Notes: generated by a model from the sequence alone, not told the origin. DNA of 64,000 nt from Candidatus Binatia bacterium (GCA_963664015.2 CAXXLF010000001.1:1152001-1216000), one strand, 5' to 3'. Numbered from the stretch's first letter, positions 1 through 10,810 are shown. Numbers and translations are program-made.

Positions 1-14
1 ACAAGTTCCAGCTC

Positions 15-43
15 TTGGGACTAGAGTTGGTGAAAGGTATAAT
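15..43 (+). promoter_or_regulatory. Putative sigma70 promoter of the M16 peptidase gene
   Basis: TTGGGA-N17-TATAAT upstream of the ORF. Confidence 0.45.
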
Positions 44-178
44 AGGAATTACACGTTATGGTTTGCCCATCGATGTTCCGTGGGCCAAGGATCAAAGCCA
101 AACACCACGACATCGTTTGGGAACTTTTAGGGACCCTATTCAATTTTGACAACTAGACCAGATTCACGGAGGTGCCAC

Positions 179-3004
179 GTGCCTACTTTTAACAGTACTT
201 TGACTCATAAAGGGTTGGGTTGTCCCCTGTTCTTTTTAATTGTCGTCTTAATGATACCCTGGACCGCAGAGGCCAGGGATCGGCAGAGCAAAACTCTCGT
301 TTTGAAAAATGGCCTGGCCGTAATTCTCGTCCACGATCCGGAAGTGCACAGGAGCGCGGCAGCCCTTTCCGTGGGTGTTGGCAGTCTCTATGACCCCGAC
401 GAGAAATTAGGCTTGGCCCATTATCTGGAACACATGCTTTTCCTGGGAACCAAGAAGTTCCCGATGGTCAACTCCTTCGACAAGTACCTTTCAGAGAACT
501 CAGGCGACAACAACGCTTATACGGGTGACGTGATTACCAACTACTACTTTGAGATTTCCCACGAGGCCTTTCCAGGAGCCCTGGACCGGTTCAGCCAGTT
601 TTTTACGGCACCCCTGTTCGATAAGAAATATGCGGAACGAGAGGCCAATGCGGTCCATAGCGAGTACGACAAGAATAAACTACGCGACGATTGGCGCTAC
701 CGCTACGTTGTCAACCAGGTCTCGGAAGAAGGACATTTATCAAGAAGGTTTAGCATCGGCAACCTGGAGACCCTGGCGGGGGACAACCGATCGGCTTTAT
801 TGGCGTTTCACAAACGCTACTATGTCGCCTCCAGAATGAAGCTGGCCATGCTCTCAAGCGCGCCCCTAACAGAACAGCAGGCGTTGGCGGAGAGTTATTT
901 CTCAGACATCCCCGACCGCCCGGTGGACCTTCCCACCATCGAACCCGTTTACCGCAAGCCCCTCGAGGGTCGGTACTGGTTCATGAAGGTCAAGACGATC
1001 AGGGATATGCGTACCCTGACCCTCACCTTCCCCTCCATCAGATTCCACGATCACCTGGAGGGAAAGCCGGGACAAATCGTGGCCAGTGTCTTGGGACATG
1101 AAGGGAAGGGATCGCTTTTATCGAAGCTTAAGGAGGAAGGATTGGCTCTCGGACTCTCTGCCGAAGCCGATTACGGTCACCCCGATCTTTCGTCCTTCGA
1201 TATCAGCGTACAATTGACCAAAAAAGGGGAGAAAAATTACCCGCGTGTTATTGACTTCATCTTTGCATATATTCAATTGCTGAAAAAAAAGGGCATAGAG
1301 GAGTACACCTTCAAAGAAGCCCAGACCATGGCTCAAATCAACTTTGACTGGCGGAACCCCAAAGAAGGCATGAGACATGTGAGCCGCCTGGCGGCCAATA
1401 TGCAGGATTACAAACTCACGGATGTGGAGACCCTTCCCTACTTAATTCGGAAATTCGAGCCTGAGGCCTACATGGCTATTCTCAGCACCCTGACCCCGGA
1501 AAACATGCTGGCCGTAATGCAGGCCCGGGACGTTGAAGTTGACAGGAAAACAAAATTCTACGAAGCCGAATACTCGGTAGCCCAAATGGACGGCGATGCG
1601 TTTCAGCGGTTAAAGAATCCGCTCCCTATCTCTGGAATAACTTATCCGGAACCCAATGACTTTATCCCCTACAGCCTTAAACTGATCCCCGAACAGCCGG
1701 TCCTGATTCGTGACGACGACCTCGCGCGAGTCTGGTTCCTCTTCGACAATCGGTTTAAGCATCCCAAGGTCAGCATGAAGTTCCGAATTGAGACTCCTCA
1801 TGTTTATGACACCGTGGAGCACTACGCCCACACCCAACTTTATACCGCCGCAATTCAGGAAGGATTGAATGAACTGGTCTACCCCATACAGATGGCTGGA
1901 TTGTTCTATCAACTTCGGGTCAGAAAGAAGGGCGTCATCCTGTCCTTGGGAGGGTACTCGGAGAAGATCTCTGACCTCCTCTCGCTGGTGGCCAAGAATC
2001 TCACCCGGATCAAAATTGACGAAAGTAAGTTTAACGATCTCAAGCGGGCCATCATCCGTGGCCTCGAGAACCAAAAGGTCGGTTCGGCCTATTCCCGCGC
2101 GGGATACTACAACAGGCTCCTCGGACGGGTCAAAGAGTACTCGGAGGAGGAGGTGCTTGAGGCCATGGGACAGGTGACCCTGAAAGATATCAAAGCCCAT
2201 GCAACCAAGCTATACGAGAAAATATTCGTTACCGGGGTTATTAACGGAAACTGGACCGCCGAGCAGGCACGGGAGAGTCTCCAGATTTTGTTGGCCCAGA
2301 TTCAGAGCCGGCCCCTGCCCCAGGAGGAACGGTTTCGCGATCAGCTGGAGGTCCTCCAGCCCGATCAAACAGTTCGGTTCTCCACCCAGGCGGCAACCAA
2401 CAACAACGCCCTGATTTACGAATTACAGATCGGCCCCATGGACCTCAGAACCCGTGCCAAGGTTTCCTTAGTGGCCTCCATCATTGAAAGCGACTTTTAC
2501 ACGCAGATGCGGACCAACCAACAACTGGGCTACATCGTGTCGAGCTACAGTCAGAGATTCCAGGATGAGCTGTATTTCAAATTCTTGATTCAGTCTGCGG
2601 GCTACGGTCCCTTTGAACTTCAAAAGCGGGTGGAAACGTGGATGACCCAGTCCCACCGGTTACTGGCTGAACTCACCGATGAGGAATTCGAACGACACCG
2701 TAAGGGATTCATCGTGTCACTGGAAAAGAACGGGGACAGCATCGCGGAGGTCACCGGAGAACTCTATCGCTTTGCCACCCGAGACGACGGCAACTTTCAA
2801 TACAAGCAACAGTTAGTTGAGGTGGCCAAAGGTCTGACAAAAAAAGAGGTGTTGGCAACCGCCGAAAAGATACTTCTCGATCCCCGGACCCCCCGACGGA
2901 TCGTTTTGATCCGCTCCAGTGAAAATAACGAGTTGGTGCCCCCAGGGGTCCTGACAACGGTTGCTCAATTCAAAGACAAAGCAGTCCTGCAACCCAACAA
3001 ATGA
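179..3004 (+). CDS. Insulinase/pitrilysin family (M16A) zinc metallopeptidase, probably exported
   Basis: Inverted zinc motif HYLEH (HxxEH), NAYT motif, C-terminal RTNQQLGY, hydrophobic signal-like N-terminus. GTG at 179 follows GGAGG (ORF track start is 146). Confidence 0.9.
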   Translation: MPTFNSTLTHKGLGCPLFFLIVVLMIPWTAEARDRQSKTLVLKNGLAVILVHDPEVHRSAAALSVGVGSLYDPDEKLGLAHYLEHMLFLGTKKFPMVNSFDKYLSENSGDNNAYTGDVITNYYFEISHEAFPGALDRFSQFFTAPLFDKKYAEREANAVHSEYDKNKLRDDWRYRYVVNQVSEEGHLSRRFSIGNLETLAGDNRSALLAFHKRYYVASRMKLAMLSSAPLTEQQALAESYFSDIPDRPVDLPTIEPVYRKPLEGRYWFMKVKTIRDMRTLTLTFPSIRFHDHLEGKPGQIVASVLGHEGKGSLLSKLKEEGLALGLSAEADYGHPDLSSFDISVQLTKKGEKNYPRVIDFIFAYIQLLKKKGIEEYTFKEAQTMAQINFDWRNPKEGMRHVSRLAANMQDYKLTDVETLPYLIRKFEPEAYMAILSTLTPENMLAVMQARDVEVDRKTKFYEAEYSVAQMDGDAFQRLKNPLPISGITYPEPNDFIPYSLKLIPEQPVLIRDDDLARVWFLFDNRFKHPKVSMKFRIETPHVYDTVEHYAHTQLYTAAIQEGLNELVYPIQMAGLFYQLRVRKKGVILSLGGYSEKISDLLSLVAKNLTRIKIDESKFNDLKRAIIRGLENQKVGSAYSRAGYYNRLLGRVKEYSEEEVLEAMGQVTLKDIKAHATKLYEKIFVTGVINGNWTAEQARESLQILLAQIQSRPLPQEERFRDQLEVLQPDQTVRFSTQAATNNNALIYELQIGPMDLRTRAKVSLVASIIESDFYTQMRTNQQLGYIVSSYSQRFQDELYFKFLIQSAGYGPFELQKRVETWMTQSHRLLAELTDEEFERHRKGFIVSLEKNGDSIAEVTGELYRFATRDDGNFQYKQQLVEVAKGLTKKEVLATAEKILLDPRTPRRIVLIRSSENNELVPPGVLTTVAQFKDKAVLQPNK

Positions 3005-3119
3005 CCGCGCTCGTGCTACGGTGACCCGGCGAGGTCAAGAAAAGGTTTTTAGGTAAGTGGAACGGTTGGGATGGCGCTCACCAACCGCAACTAGTAAATA
3101 GACAAAAGCTATCGACGCT

Positions 3120-4223
3120 TCACGCGTCGGGAATTTCTTTACCCCCCCCCTCAGCGGCGACCAGTTTCTGGCTGAATTGGTCCAGCCGTTTTTCCGCGGC
3201 CAGAAAACTCGACTGGGTATGGCCCAGGTGTTTACCCACGAGGGTGAATTCCCCCTTGAACTTGCTAAAATCCCCCTCCAGTCGGCCCAGGTACTGGAGG
3301 ATCTCCTTAGCCCGCTCCTCGATCTTCATGCCCTTGAGTCCCAGGACAATCGCCTGGAGGTAAGCATAGAAGCTGTTGGGGGAAACCGGGATGACCTTTT
3401 TGCTCAGGGCGTAATGGCTGATGCTATTCTCCCCTCCCAGGGCGTCGTCCTTGATGATGGTTTCGTAATATATATTTTCCGCCGGGATGTACATCAGCGC
3501 AAAATCGTAAGTATCCTCGTCGGGAAGGATGTATTTGCTCGCAATGGAGTCGATGTGCTTTTTGACGTCTACAACGAATTGTTTCTTGGCCCGCAATTTC
3601 TCTTCGTCGGAACTTCCCTCCAACATGCGTTTAAAGTTCTCTAGGGGGAACTTGGAATCCACCGGCACCAGCGAGCCTCCGAGCTTGATAACCGCATCAA
3701 CCTTTTCACCGTTTTTAAAAGCAAACTGGGTGTCAAAGTGATGGGCGGGAAGGATCTGCCCCAACAGGTCACCAAGGAAGTACTCGCCCAAGCCGCCTCG
3801 TAGCTTGGGGGCGCGCAGGATCTCCTGTAGGGATGAGATGTCTTTGCCCACATCGTAAATTTTGCGGTTGGCCTCTTCCAACCCCCCTAGGCTCTTTTGC
3901 ACGTTCCCGACAACTCGCGCCGCGCTATCGAGCCTCTCTCCGAGGCTCTGCTGAGTCTTCTGCAGGATCTCCGAATGCTCCTTGAGTCGGTCGGAGACAT
4001 GGCCGAGGACCTGTCCCAGCTGCTCGTTGATGAGGCGTGTGTTACCTTCCAGGGTCTGGGATAACTGGTTGCGCACCTGTTCGATCTGCTGCGTAACTAC
4101 AAGGAGCGTCTGGTCATCCTTCTTTGCAGCCAACAGGGTTTCCAGCCTACGAAAAAGGACCCAAACAAACACCACTAGACCGGCAACTAGGAGGTAAGGA
4201 AGGAATGGAGTTAGCGTATTCAC
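3120..4223 (-). CDS. rmuC: DNA recombination protein RmuC
   Basis: N-terminal TM, coiled coil, RGGLGE, VDSKFP, FALMYIPAE and VSP motifs. Confidence 0.9.
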   Translation of the reverse strand: MNTLTPFLPYLLVAGLVVFVWVLFRRLETLLAAKKDDQTLLVVTQQIEQVRNQLSQTLEGNTRLINEQLGQVLGHVSDRLKEHSEILQKTQQSLGERLDSAARVVGNVQKSLGGLEEANRKIYDVGKDISSLQEILRAPKLRGGLGEYFLGDLLGQILPAHHFDTQFAFKNGEKVDAVIKLGGSLVPVDSKFPLENFKRMLEGSSDEEKLRAKKQFVVDVKKHIDSIASKYILPDEDTYDFALMYIPAENIYYETIIKDDALGGENSISHYALSKKVIPVSPNSFYAYLQAIVLGLKGMKIEERAKEILQYLGRLEGDFSKFKGEFTLVGKHLGHTQSSFLAAEKRLDQFSQKLVAAEGGGKEIPDA

Positions 4224-4240
4224 GGTCGGCTTCAGGCAAA

Positions 4241-4453
4241 TCAGCGTAGCTGGAGGGTATACTCCAAGACTTCGCTGAGCTTACGGATCTGTGTGGCCCT
4301 CAGTGGACGCTCGTCACGGGGGGAAGAGAGATAAACATTGACGCTATGCTTGAGATTCCACTCGAGCAACTCTATGCACTGTTGGGTGCTGAGCTTTTCC
4401 TCTCGGCTGCGGCGCGCCCGGTGAATCTCTTTGAGTTCAACAACCTGACCCAT
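4241..4453 (-). CDS. Small hypothetical protein (70 aa)
   Basis: ATG ORF ending 17 bp before rmuC in the same orientation, helical amphipathic composition. Confidence 0.6.
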   Translation of the reverse strand: MGQVVELKEIHRARRSREEKLSTQQCIELLEWNLKHSVNVYLSSPRDERPLRATQIRKLSEVLEYTLQLR

Positions 4454-4633
4454 ATGGTGCAGTAAACTTATGGGTGAGGAAACACCCTTGTCAAGAGCCT
4501 GACCGTTATTGTGTCAAACACAAACGGATTCATTCACCGTGCCATCTAGCGTTTAGTTGAGGATTGGGAAGCAGAAAGGGATTGGCAAAGCCCCATGGCA
4601 AACGCTGGGGCTCCGACATGAGCTGAAACGAAC

Positions 4634-4698
4634 GGGACAGCCTCCGAGACCGCACCGCTCGGGGACCGAAGAGACGACTGACTACGGGACTACGGACT
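4634..4698. repeat. Partial copy of the intergenic palindromic repeat plus GACTAC-type short repeats
   Basis: 4634-4670 aligns to about 17784-17820; 4668-4698 matches 9412-9442 at 27 of 31 positions. Confidence 0.6.
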
Positions 4699-4816
4699 GG
4701 TAGAGGGAGCCAAACGAGCGGGCACCAGGAATCACTGGATGAATGAAAAGAAATTTGCTAGAGGTATGATTCGATTCGACGGATGAATGATTCTTGGAAT
4801 GGAAAGGAGAGGCTCA

Positions 4817-5539
4817 ATGGAAATCACCACAACAAATCTTCAACTGGATACCCCTGACGGCAAGATGGAGGCCTACGAGGCCAGGCCGAAAGACGGCGGT
4901 GCAAGGCCCGCCGTTATCGTGTTAATGGAAGCCTTCGGGCTCAACAGCCATATAAAAAGCGTGACAGAGCGCGTGGCTCAAGAAGGTTACGTCGCCATCG
5001 CCCCGGATCTCTTCCACCGGGAGTCCGAAGGGCTCGTTCCCTATTCGGATCTGAAAAAAGCGGTCGGCAACATGATGAAGCTGCAAGACCCCAAAATCAT
5101 GGAGGACGTAGGTGCAGCCCTGTCCCACCTGAAATCCCAGAGCTATGTTAACGCCGGGGCCATTGGCGTCACCGGATTTTGTATGGGGGGTCGGTTCACC
5201 TATCTGACCGCGGCCCATCATAATAAGGACATCAAGGCGGCCGTCGTCTTCTATGGAGGTGGCATACCACTGGGCAAGCCGAGTCCATTAGAGCGCACCA
5301 GTGAGATCAACTGCCCCATGACCCTCTTTTTCGGCGGGAAGGACGCTTTCATACCTCAAGAGCAAGTGGAGCAGATCAAGACGGCCCTCACCGACAACAA
5401 GAAGGATTTCTCCCTCAAGGTCTACCCGGAGCCCGGCCATGGCTTTTGCTGCGACGATAGAGAGCAGAGTTACCACGCGGAATCGGCCAAGGACGCATGG
5501 GACAAGGCCAAGACCTTTTTCGCTCAGCATCTGAAATAA
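4817..5539 (+). CDS. Dienelactone hydrolase family protein
   Basis: GFCMGG nucleophile motif, EAFGL, HGF. ATG 4817 follows AGGAGAGG. Confidence 0.9.
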   Translation: MEITTTNLQLDTPDGKMEAYEARPKDGGARPAVIVLMEAFGLNSHIKSVTERVAQEGYVAIAPDLFHRESEGLVPYSDLKKAVGNMMKLQDPKIMEDVGAALSHLKSQSYVNAGAIGVTGFCMGGRFTYLTAAHHNKDIKAAVVFYGGGIPLGKPSPLERTSEINCPMTLFFGGKDAFIPQEQVEQIKTALTDNKKDFSLKVYPEPGHGFCCDDREQSYHAESAKDAWDKAKTFFAQHLK

Positions 5540-5542
5540 AGC

Positions 5543-7147
5543 ATGGAGTTTCTATTGAAAGAGGAAAGGGTTCACCTACCTTTCCTCTTTTTGTTTACCC
5601 TCCTCCTCTACCTATCCTTTTTAGGCGGACGCGACCTCTGGTCGCCAGTGGAGCCCCGCTATGGGGAGATCGTCCGGGTCATGTTCAGCCGTGGAGAGTG
5701 GATCGTTCCCACCGTCAACGGCAGTCTCTATACGGATAAACCCATCCTCTATTTCTGGCTGGTGTTGATCTTCTCGCATCTTCTCGGCGGCGTGAGCGAA
5801 TGGTCGCTCCGGTTACCTTCCGCCTTGTCGGCTATCGGGCTGAGTCTTATCACCTACCGTATGGGGAGTGAGTTCTTCGGTGCACGAGTCGGGCTCCTCG
5901 CTTCCCTGATTTTTGCAACGCTTTCGCGAGTGTTGTTGGAGGGACGTTGGGCCCACACGGACATGCTTTTTTCCTTTTGTTTTACCGCTTCCGTATATCT
6001 CCTCTTGCGCCGCTGGCATGGTCGATCTGGTTCCAGTGAAGCACTTGTTGCGTACGCACTCATGGGTTTGGCAACGCTGACCAAGGGAATGATTGGATTT
6101 GTCCTTCCCGGAATGATCTTCTTATGCTTGCTGATCATGAGGAAAGACGGCCAGGGGTGGAGCCGGTTGAATCTGATTCCCGGGACTTTGATTTTTCTCT
6201 TGGTGATTGCTCCCTGGTTTGTGGTGGTTGCGCTTCAGACTCAAGGCGAGTGGCTGAGCGAGTTCATATGGACGCACCACGTTCAGCGCTATCTCGATAG
6301 CTCGGGGCACAGACGCCCTTTCTATTATTACCTGATTAACTTACCCGTAGACCTCGCTCCTTGGACGCCACTTCTCATCCCAGCGGCGGTGGCTGCCTGG
6401 AATCGACGGCGGATCGCCCTGAGCCCCGTGGCTCTTACCCTGGTGACCTGGGCAATCGTCGTATTCGTTTTCTTTTCCCTTTCCGACACCAAGAGAGGCC
6501 TATATCTTCTTCCCATGTACCCGACCGTCGCCCTTTGGCTGGCCCATGCGCTGGTCGCCGGTGAGCAACGAGGGTCGCCTGTCCCTTGGGGTTTCCGGCC
6601 GGTTGCTATTCTTTACTCGGCTTTGTTGTTGTTGACTGCCCTTTCCCTTCCCGTGGTCACGTATTGGGTCCAACCGGACCTGCTCGGCGGCACCCTATTC
6701 CCAGCCCTAATTATGGCGCTGGGAAGTTGCGCGGCCTACCTGTCCTTTCACAGATCTCAGCTTTGTAGTGGTTCCCTGTGGCTTGCCGTTATGTTCCTCG
6801 GTTTTGTCATCTCGAATGCCTATTGGGTATTTCCAACCATTGATCGGTACAAATCCCCCCGGGCTTTTGTCACGCAGGTTCAAGCAAGGGTCCAGTCTGA
6901 GGAACAGCTTTATATCTATAAAGACACAATGAATACGTTTAATTATTACCTGAACCGCGAGGTCATCCGGGTCCTGTCTAGTCCTGAGGAATTAGCATCC
7001 GTCAATAAAGGGGAAGACCGCGCTTATCTCATGATCAAGGGAAAGGACCTGCGCCGGGTACCAGAACAGATAAAGCTCAGCTGGCAAATCGTTGCCGAAG
7101 GGACCGTCGGCAGTAAAATCTGGAGTCTCTATCGGCTTGCGGGTTAA
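5543..7147 (+). CDS. ArnT-like (GT83/PMT family) membrane glycosyltransferase
   Basis: Polytopic membrane protein with EPRY, DKP, TKG and HRRPFYYY motifs. Confidence 0.85.
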   Translation: MEFLLKEERVHLPFLFLFTLLLYLSFLGGRDLWSPVEPRYGEIVRVMFSRGEWIVPTVNGSLYTDKPILYFWLVLIFSHLLGGVSEWSLRLPSALSAIGLSLITYRMGSEFFGARVGLLASLIFATLSRVLLEGRWAHTDMLFSFCFTASVYLLLRRWHGRSGSSEALVAYALMGLATLTKGMIGFVLPGMIFLCLLIMRKDGQGWSRLNLIPGTLIFLLVIAPWFVVVALQTQGEWLSEFIWTHHVQRYLDSSGHRRPFYYYLINLPVDLAPWTPLLIPAAVAAWNRRRIALSPVALTLVTWAIVVFVFFSLSDTKRGLYLLPMYPTVALWLAHALVAGEQRGSPVPWGFRPVAILYSALLLLTALSLPVVTYWVQPDLLGGTLFPALIMALGSCAAYLSFHRSQLCSGSLWLAVMFLGFVISNAYWVFPTIDRYKSPRAFVTQVQARVQSEEQLYIYKDTMNTFNYYLNREVIRVLSSPEELASVNKGEDRAYLMIKGKDLRRVPEQIKLSWQIVAEGTVGSKIWSLYRLAG

Positions 7148-7214
7148 CCGTTCGGATCCCAGCGGTGACTTATATCATTTTGTGATACAGTAGGGAGAAA
7201 CGAGGTTGTTCTAA

Positions 7215-8096
7215 GTGTTCCAAACGGTCCATCTGGGGTTGATTCAAGCAAAGGCGGGGGTAGACTCCGAGCGGAACCTGTCCAGAACCATGGTGCAGGT
7301 CCGTGACGCTGCACGGCGGGGTGCTCAGATCGTCTGCCTTGAGGAACTCTTTCTCTCGACTTATTTCCCTCAGGTGGAGGATCCAGATCTCTTCAAACTG
7401 GCCGAACCGGTCCCAGGACCGACAACCGAAAAACTGTCCCAGCTTGCCGCAACCGAGAAAATCGTTATTGTTGCGTCGATCTTCGAGCGACGATCCGCCG
7501 GCATTTACCACAACACGGCAGTAGTCATCGACGCCGACGGCTCCATCGCGGGCAAGTACCGCAAGATGCATATCCCCGATGATCCCGGTTATTATGAAAA
7601 ATTCTACTTTACCCCGGGAGACCTGGGTTTTCCGAGCTTTCAGACACGCTACGCTAGGATCGGTGTCCTTGTTTGCTGGGACCAGTGGTTTCCCGAGGCC
7701 GCACGCCTGATCTCGCTGAGTGGGGCCCAGATTATCGTCTACCCCACGGCTATCGGAAAGATAGCAGCGGACTCAGCTGCAGCTGCAAAGTCACAACGCC
7801 AGGCATGGCGCTTGATCCAGCAAGGGCACGCCGTGGCTAACGGCGTTTTTGTAGCGGCAGTGAATCGCGTGGGTCGCGAGGGCAACCTGCGTTTTTGGGG
7901 TGGCTCTTTTGTCGTGGATCCATTCGGAGGGATGATCACCGAGGCAAGTGAAGCCCGGGAAGAGATCGTCCTGGCCAAGTGCGATTTGGGCAAGATCGAC
8001 GAAACCCGGCAGAATTGGCCCTTTCTCAGGGACCGTCGAATCGACGCCTACGAGTCACTCACGGCACGTTATCTGGACCCGAAACCACCCCAATAG
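7215..8096 (+). CDS. aguB: Carbon-nitrogen hydrolase, probable N-carbamoylputrescine amidase
   Basis: E-K-C triad (EELF, YRKMHIPDDPGYYEKFYF, VCWDQWFPE); adjacent to agmatine deiminase. Confidence 0.85.
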   Translation: MFQTVHLGLIQAKAGVDSERNLSRTMVQVRDAARRGAQIVCLEELFLSTYFPQVEDPDLFKLAEPVPGPTTEKLSQLAATEKIVIVASIFERRSAGIYHNTAVVIDADGSIAGKYRKMHIPDDPGYYEKFYFTPGDLGFPSFQTRYARIGVLVCWDQWFPEAARLISLSGAQIIVYPTAIGKIAADSAAAAKSQRQAWRLIQQGHAVANGVFVAAVNRVGREGNLRFWGGSFVVDPFGGMITEASEAREEIVLAKCDLGKIDETRQNWPFLRDRRIDAYESLTARYLDPKPPQ

Positions 8097-8137
8097 GGTA
8101 CCCATTGGCCAATCCTGTCTCACGCCATCGTTCGGAT

Positions 8138-9196
8138 ATGAGATCAAATCCTCCTTCCCCAGATAGCTATACTATGCCGCCCGAGTGGGCCCCCCATGAG
8201 GCGACATGGCTGGCCTGGCCTCACAATCCCGAGGCCTGGCATTCTCAATTAAATGCTGTTCAGGATGTTTGGTTAGAGATTGCCCGCGTCCTCTCGCTGG
8301 GGGAGAAAGTGCGACTGCTCATCTATAACCGTGAAAGCGAAAAAGAGGTCTATCAAAGGCTTCGAACTGCCGGCGCCGCCATGGATCGAGTTTCCCTGGT
8401 ACAAATCCCGACCGTGGATATTTGGATCCGGGACTACGGCCCGACGTTTGTCACCCGGGAAAGCGGCGCGAACCGGGTGGCTGCTAATCGCTGGGTGTTC
8501 AACGCCTGGGGCGAAAAATATGAGGCCTGGTTGAAGGACGATAGCGTGGCGAGCCAGGTGGCCGAATTCCTCAAGGTCCCCCTATTTGAATCCGGATTGG
8601 TACTCGAGGGCGGCTCCATCGAAGTCAACGGTCGCGGCGCCTGCCTCTCTACGGAACAGTGCCTTCTGAATCCAAATAGAAATCCCGACCGGACCCATGG
8701 AGAGATCGAACAGAGCCTGCTAGACCATTTGGGAATCACGCATTTGATCTGGCTGGGGCACGGGGTCTCGGGGGACGACACCGACGGCCATATCGACAAC
8801 CTGGCCCGGTTCGTGAATCCAACCACGGTTATCTGTGCTGTAGAGAAAGACTCCAAGGATGAGAATTACACCGCACTGCAGGAAAACTACGAACGGCTCC
8901 AGGGAGCAACAGACCAGGACGGAGAAAAGATCGAGGTGGTGCCAATCCCTTTACCCGGACCCGTCAAGGAGGACGGTATAAGGCTCCCGGCAAGTTATGC
9001 GAACTTTTATATCGCTAACGGGAGTGTCCTGGTCCCTGTGTACGATCATCCAAACGACAGCAGGGCCCTGGGAATCCTGGGATCTCTTTTCCCCGATCGA
9101 AAGATCGTCGGAATACCCTGTACGGCCCTGGTCTACGGCCTGGGTGCGATCCACTGCATGACCCAACAGGAGCCTGCCGCCCCATCCGTGCCTTAA
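8138..9196 (+). CDS. aguA: Agmatine deiminase
   Basis: MPPEW..H..TWLAWP, WIRDYGP, LEGGSI, DTDGHID, GAIHCMTQQ. Start is probably 8138 or 8174, not 7979. Confidence 0.9.
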   Translation: MRSNPPSPDSYTMPPEWAPHEATWLAWPHNPEAWHSQLNAVQDVWLEIARVLSLGEKVRLLIYNRESEKEVYQRLRTAGAAMDRVSLVQIPTVDIWIRDYGPTFVTRESGANRVAANRWVFNAWGEKYEAWLKDDSVASQVAEFLKVPLFESGLVLEGGSIEVNGRGACLSTEQCLLNPNRNPDRTHGEIEQSLLDHLGITHLIWLGHGVSGDDTDGHIDNLARFVNPTTVICAVEKDSKDENYTALQENYERLQGATDQDGEKIEVVPIPLPGPVKEDGIRLPASYANFYIANGSVLVPVYDHPNDSRALGILGSLFPDRKIVGIPCTALVYGLGAIHCMTQQEPAAPSVP

Positions 9197-9240
9197 CCCC
9201 TTTAATTTCACAACCCTTCGTAGCTGTGATTACGGGCGAT

Positions 9241-9502
9241 GGGGGCCGGTCCCGCGAGGCCACACTCCTCGAGGAAGGAATGTTCGGGTGCGCCCAATAG
9301 GCCTGTGAATAACTGAAGCTCCAGTATCGGATGCCCACGCCCTCATCTCTGTTCCCCTCGGAGTACTGAACTCAGGCGAAATAGGACCGTCCACAGGGAA
9401 GAGCAGAGGGTGAAGAGACTACTGACTACAGGACCACAGACTAAACAAGGATTGGAAACAGCAGAGCAATCAGAACTTAAAGCTGAGAACTGATAGCTAA
9501 AC
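9241..9502. repeat. Intergenic palindromic (REP/MITE-like) element with a loop insert, followed by heptamer repeats
   Basis: Segments shared with 17565-17886 and 4634-4698; arms ACTCCTCGAGGAA and TTCCCCTCGGAGT are partly complementary. Confidence 0.65.
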
Positions 9503-9527
9503 GGTAGGGAACGGCCTCTGAAATCGA

Positions 9528-10760
9528 TTAATGCCCTTTGAATAGTGGAGCGAATCGACGCTTCAACTCGGTTTCAGTAAGATTGCCCGCCTCGGCGAGT
9601 TTTTTGACCATTACAGGGTCATTCAAGTCCTCCGGTCGCAGACGGATCATATATTCGTAAAATATCTTGTAGGTCTCCGAATCCAGGTCCACCATGCGCA
9701 CGCGAATCTTCCCGGTTTGGGGATCCATCATTTCATCAAAGGGGATCGGTACGAGTCGTCCTGCCTGGATCGTGACCATAGCATTGCGCCCCCCCCTCCA
9801 GGAGAAAGCGGGTGCCCCAGTAGCCCAAGCTACGGCAGTACTGGATGTCAAAGGCTCCCGGTGGCGCGCAGCGGAGTTCATAGCCCAAAAGCTTCACGAC
9901 AATGGTGACTGAGAGATTGCGCTTCTGCAGGCTTTCAGCCACACGATTTTTCAGGAGCCGGCCCAGATCAAGCTCGCTTAATCGAACGTTGCCATAGCTG
10001 TTACGTTCAACCTCCCCAAGGGATTCGGGATCGAGTTTATCTCCCAGCCCCTCGGAGAGGAGAACAACCCCATGGTCCTTTCCCTGGGCACGCCGCTTGA
10101 TGATGACCCCCTCCAGGATGTCGGCAACACGATCGAGGCGCAGTATCTCTTCCGGCATCTCCTCAGCGATCAATGTGCACGTCGCTCCAGCGGCACCACC
10201 GATGCCCAGGGCCAGATGACCGGCGTGGCGGCCCATCACGGTGACAAAAAACCATCGTTCGGTCGTAACCGCATCCAGCATCAGATTGCGCACGAAGTCC
10301 TTGCCCAGGTTACACGCCGTCGTAAATCCGAAGCTCACGATGTCGCCGGGCAGAGGCAGGTCGTTATCAATAGCCTTGGGAACATGGGCGACAGTCATTT
10401 CGGGAAGCGCCTTGGCAACCTGGGACGCCCCATAGCCCGTATCGTCTCCTCCTATGGTCAGCAGGTGCTGAACATCAAGGCTCCGCAGCGTGTCCGCAAC
10501 ACGTTTGACGCCATCGGAGCTGCGGGTCGGGTTGGCTATCGAGGTAAGCAGGATAGAACCGCCCTCGAAGTGAATGCACGAGACATCGCTGATATCAAGC
10601 TCTACGATATGTCCCGTTCACCCTGAAGCAACCAGCGAAACCCGTTTTAGCAACCAAGCACCCGCAGGCCGCGATTGCGCGCCTCGATGGTTGCTGCAGC
10701 GATGACCGCGTTGATGCCGGGAGCGGGTCCGCCCCCAACGAGAATAGCAAGGGTTTTCAT
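9528..10760 (-). pseudogene. Phosphofructokinase (PfkA family, probably PPi-dependent), disrupted
   Basis: MKTLAILVGGGPAPGIN start, GGDD, PKAIDND, MGR and LGYELR motifs. TAA at 10647-10649; frameshifts near 10618 and in the G8 run near 9789-9796. Confidence 0.85.
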
Positions 10761-10810
10761 CGTCGCCGGAAGTGTTGTCGTTTAGCGAGCCGGAAATAAA
10801 ACAGCGAGTC

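Noticed and set aside
4584-4615. GGCAAA plus hairpin resembling a c-di-GMP-I riboswitch
   Set aside because: It lacks the GNRA loop, GACGCAAAG junction and receptor stem; it is only a simple hairpin
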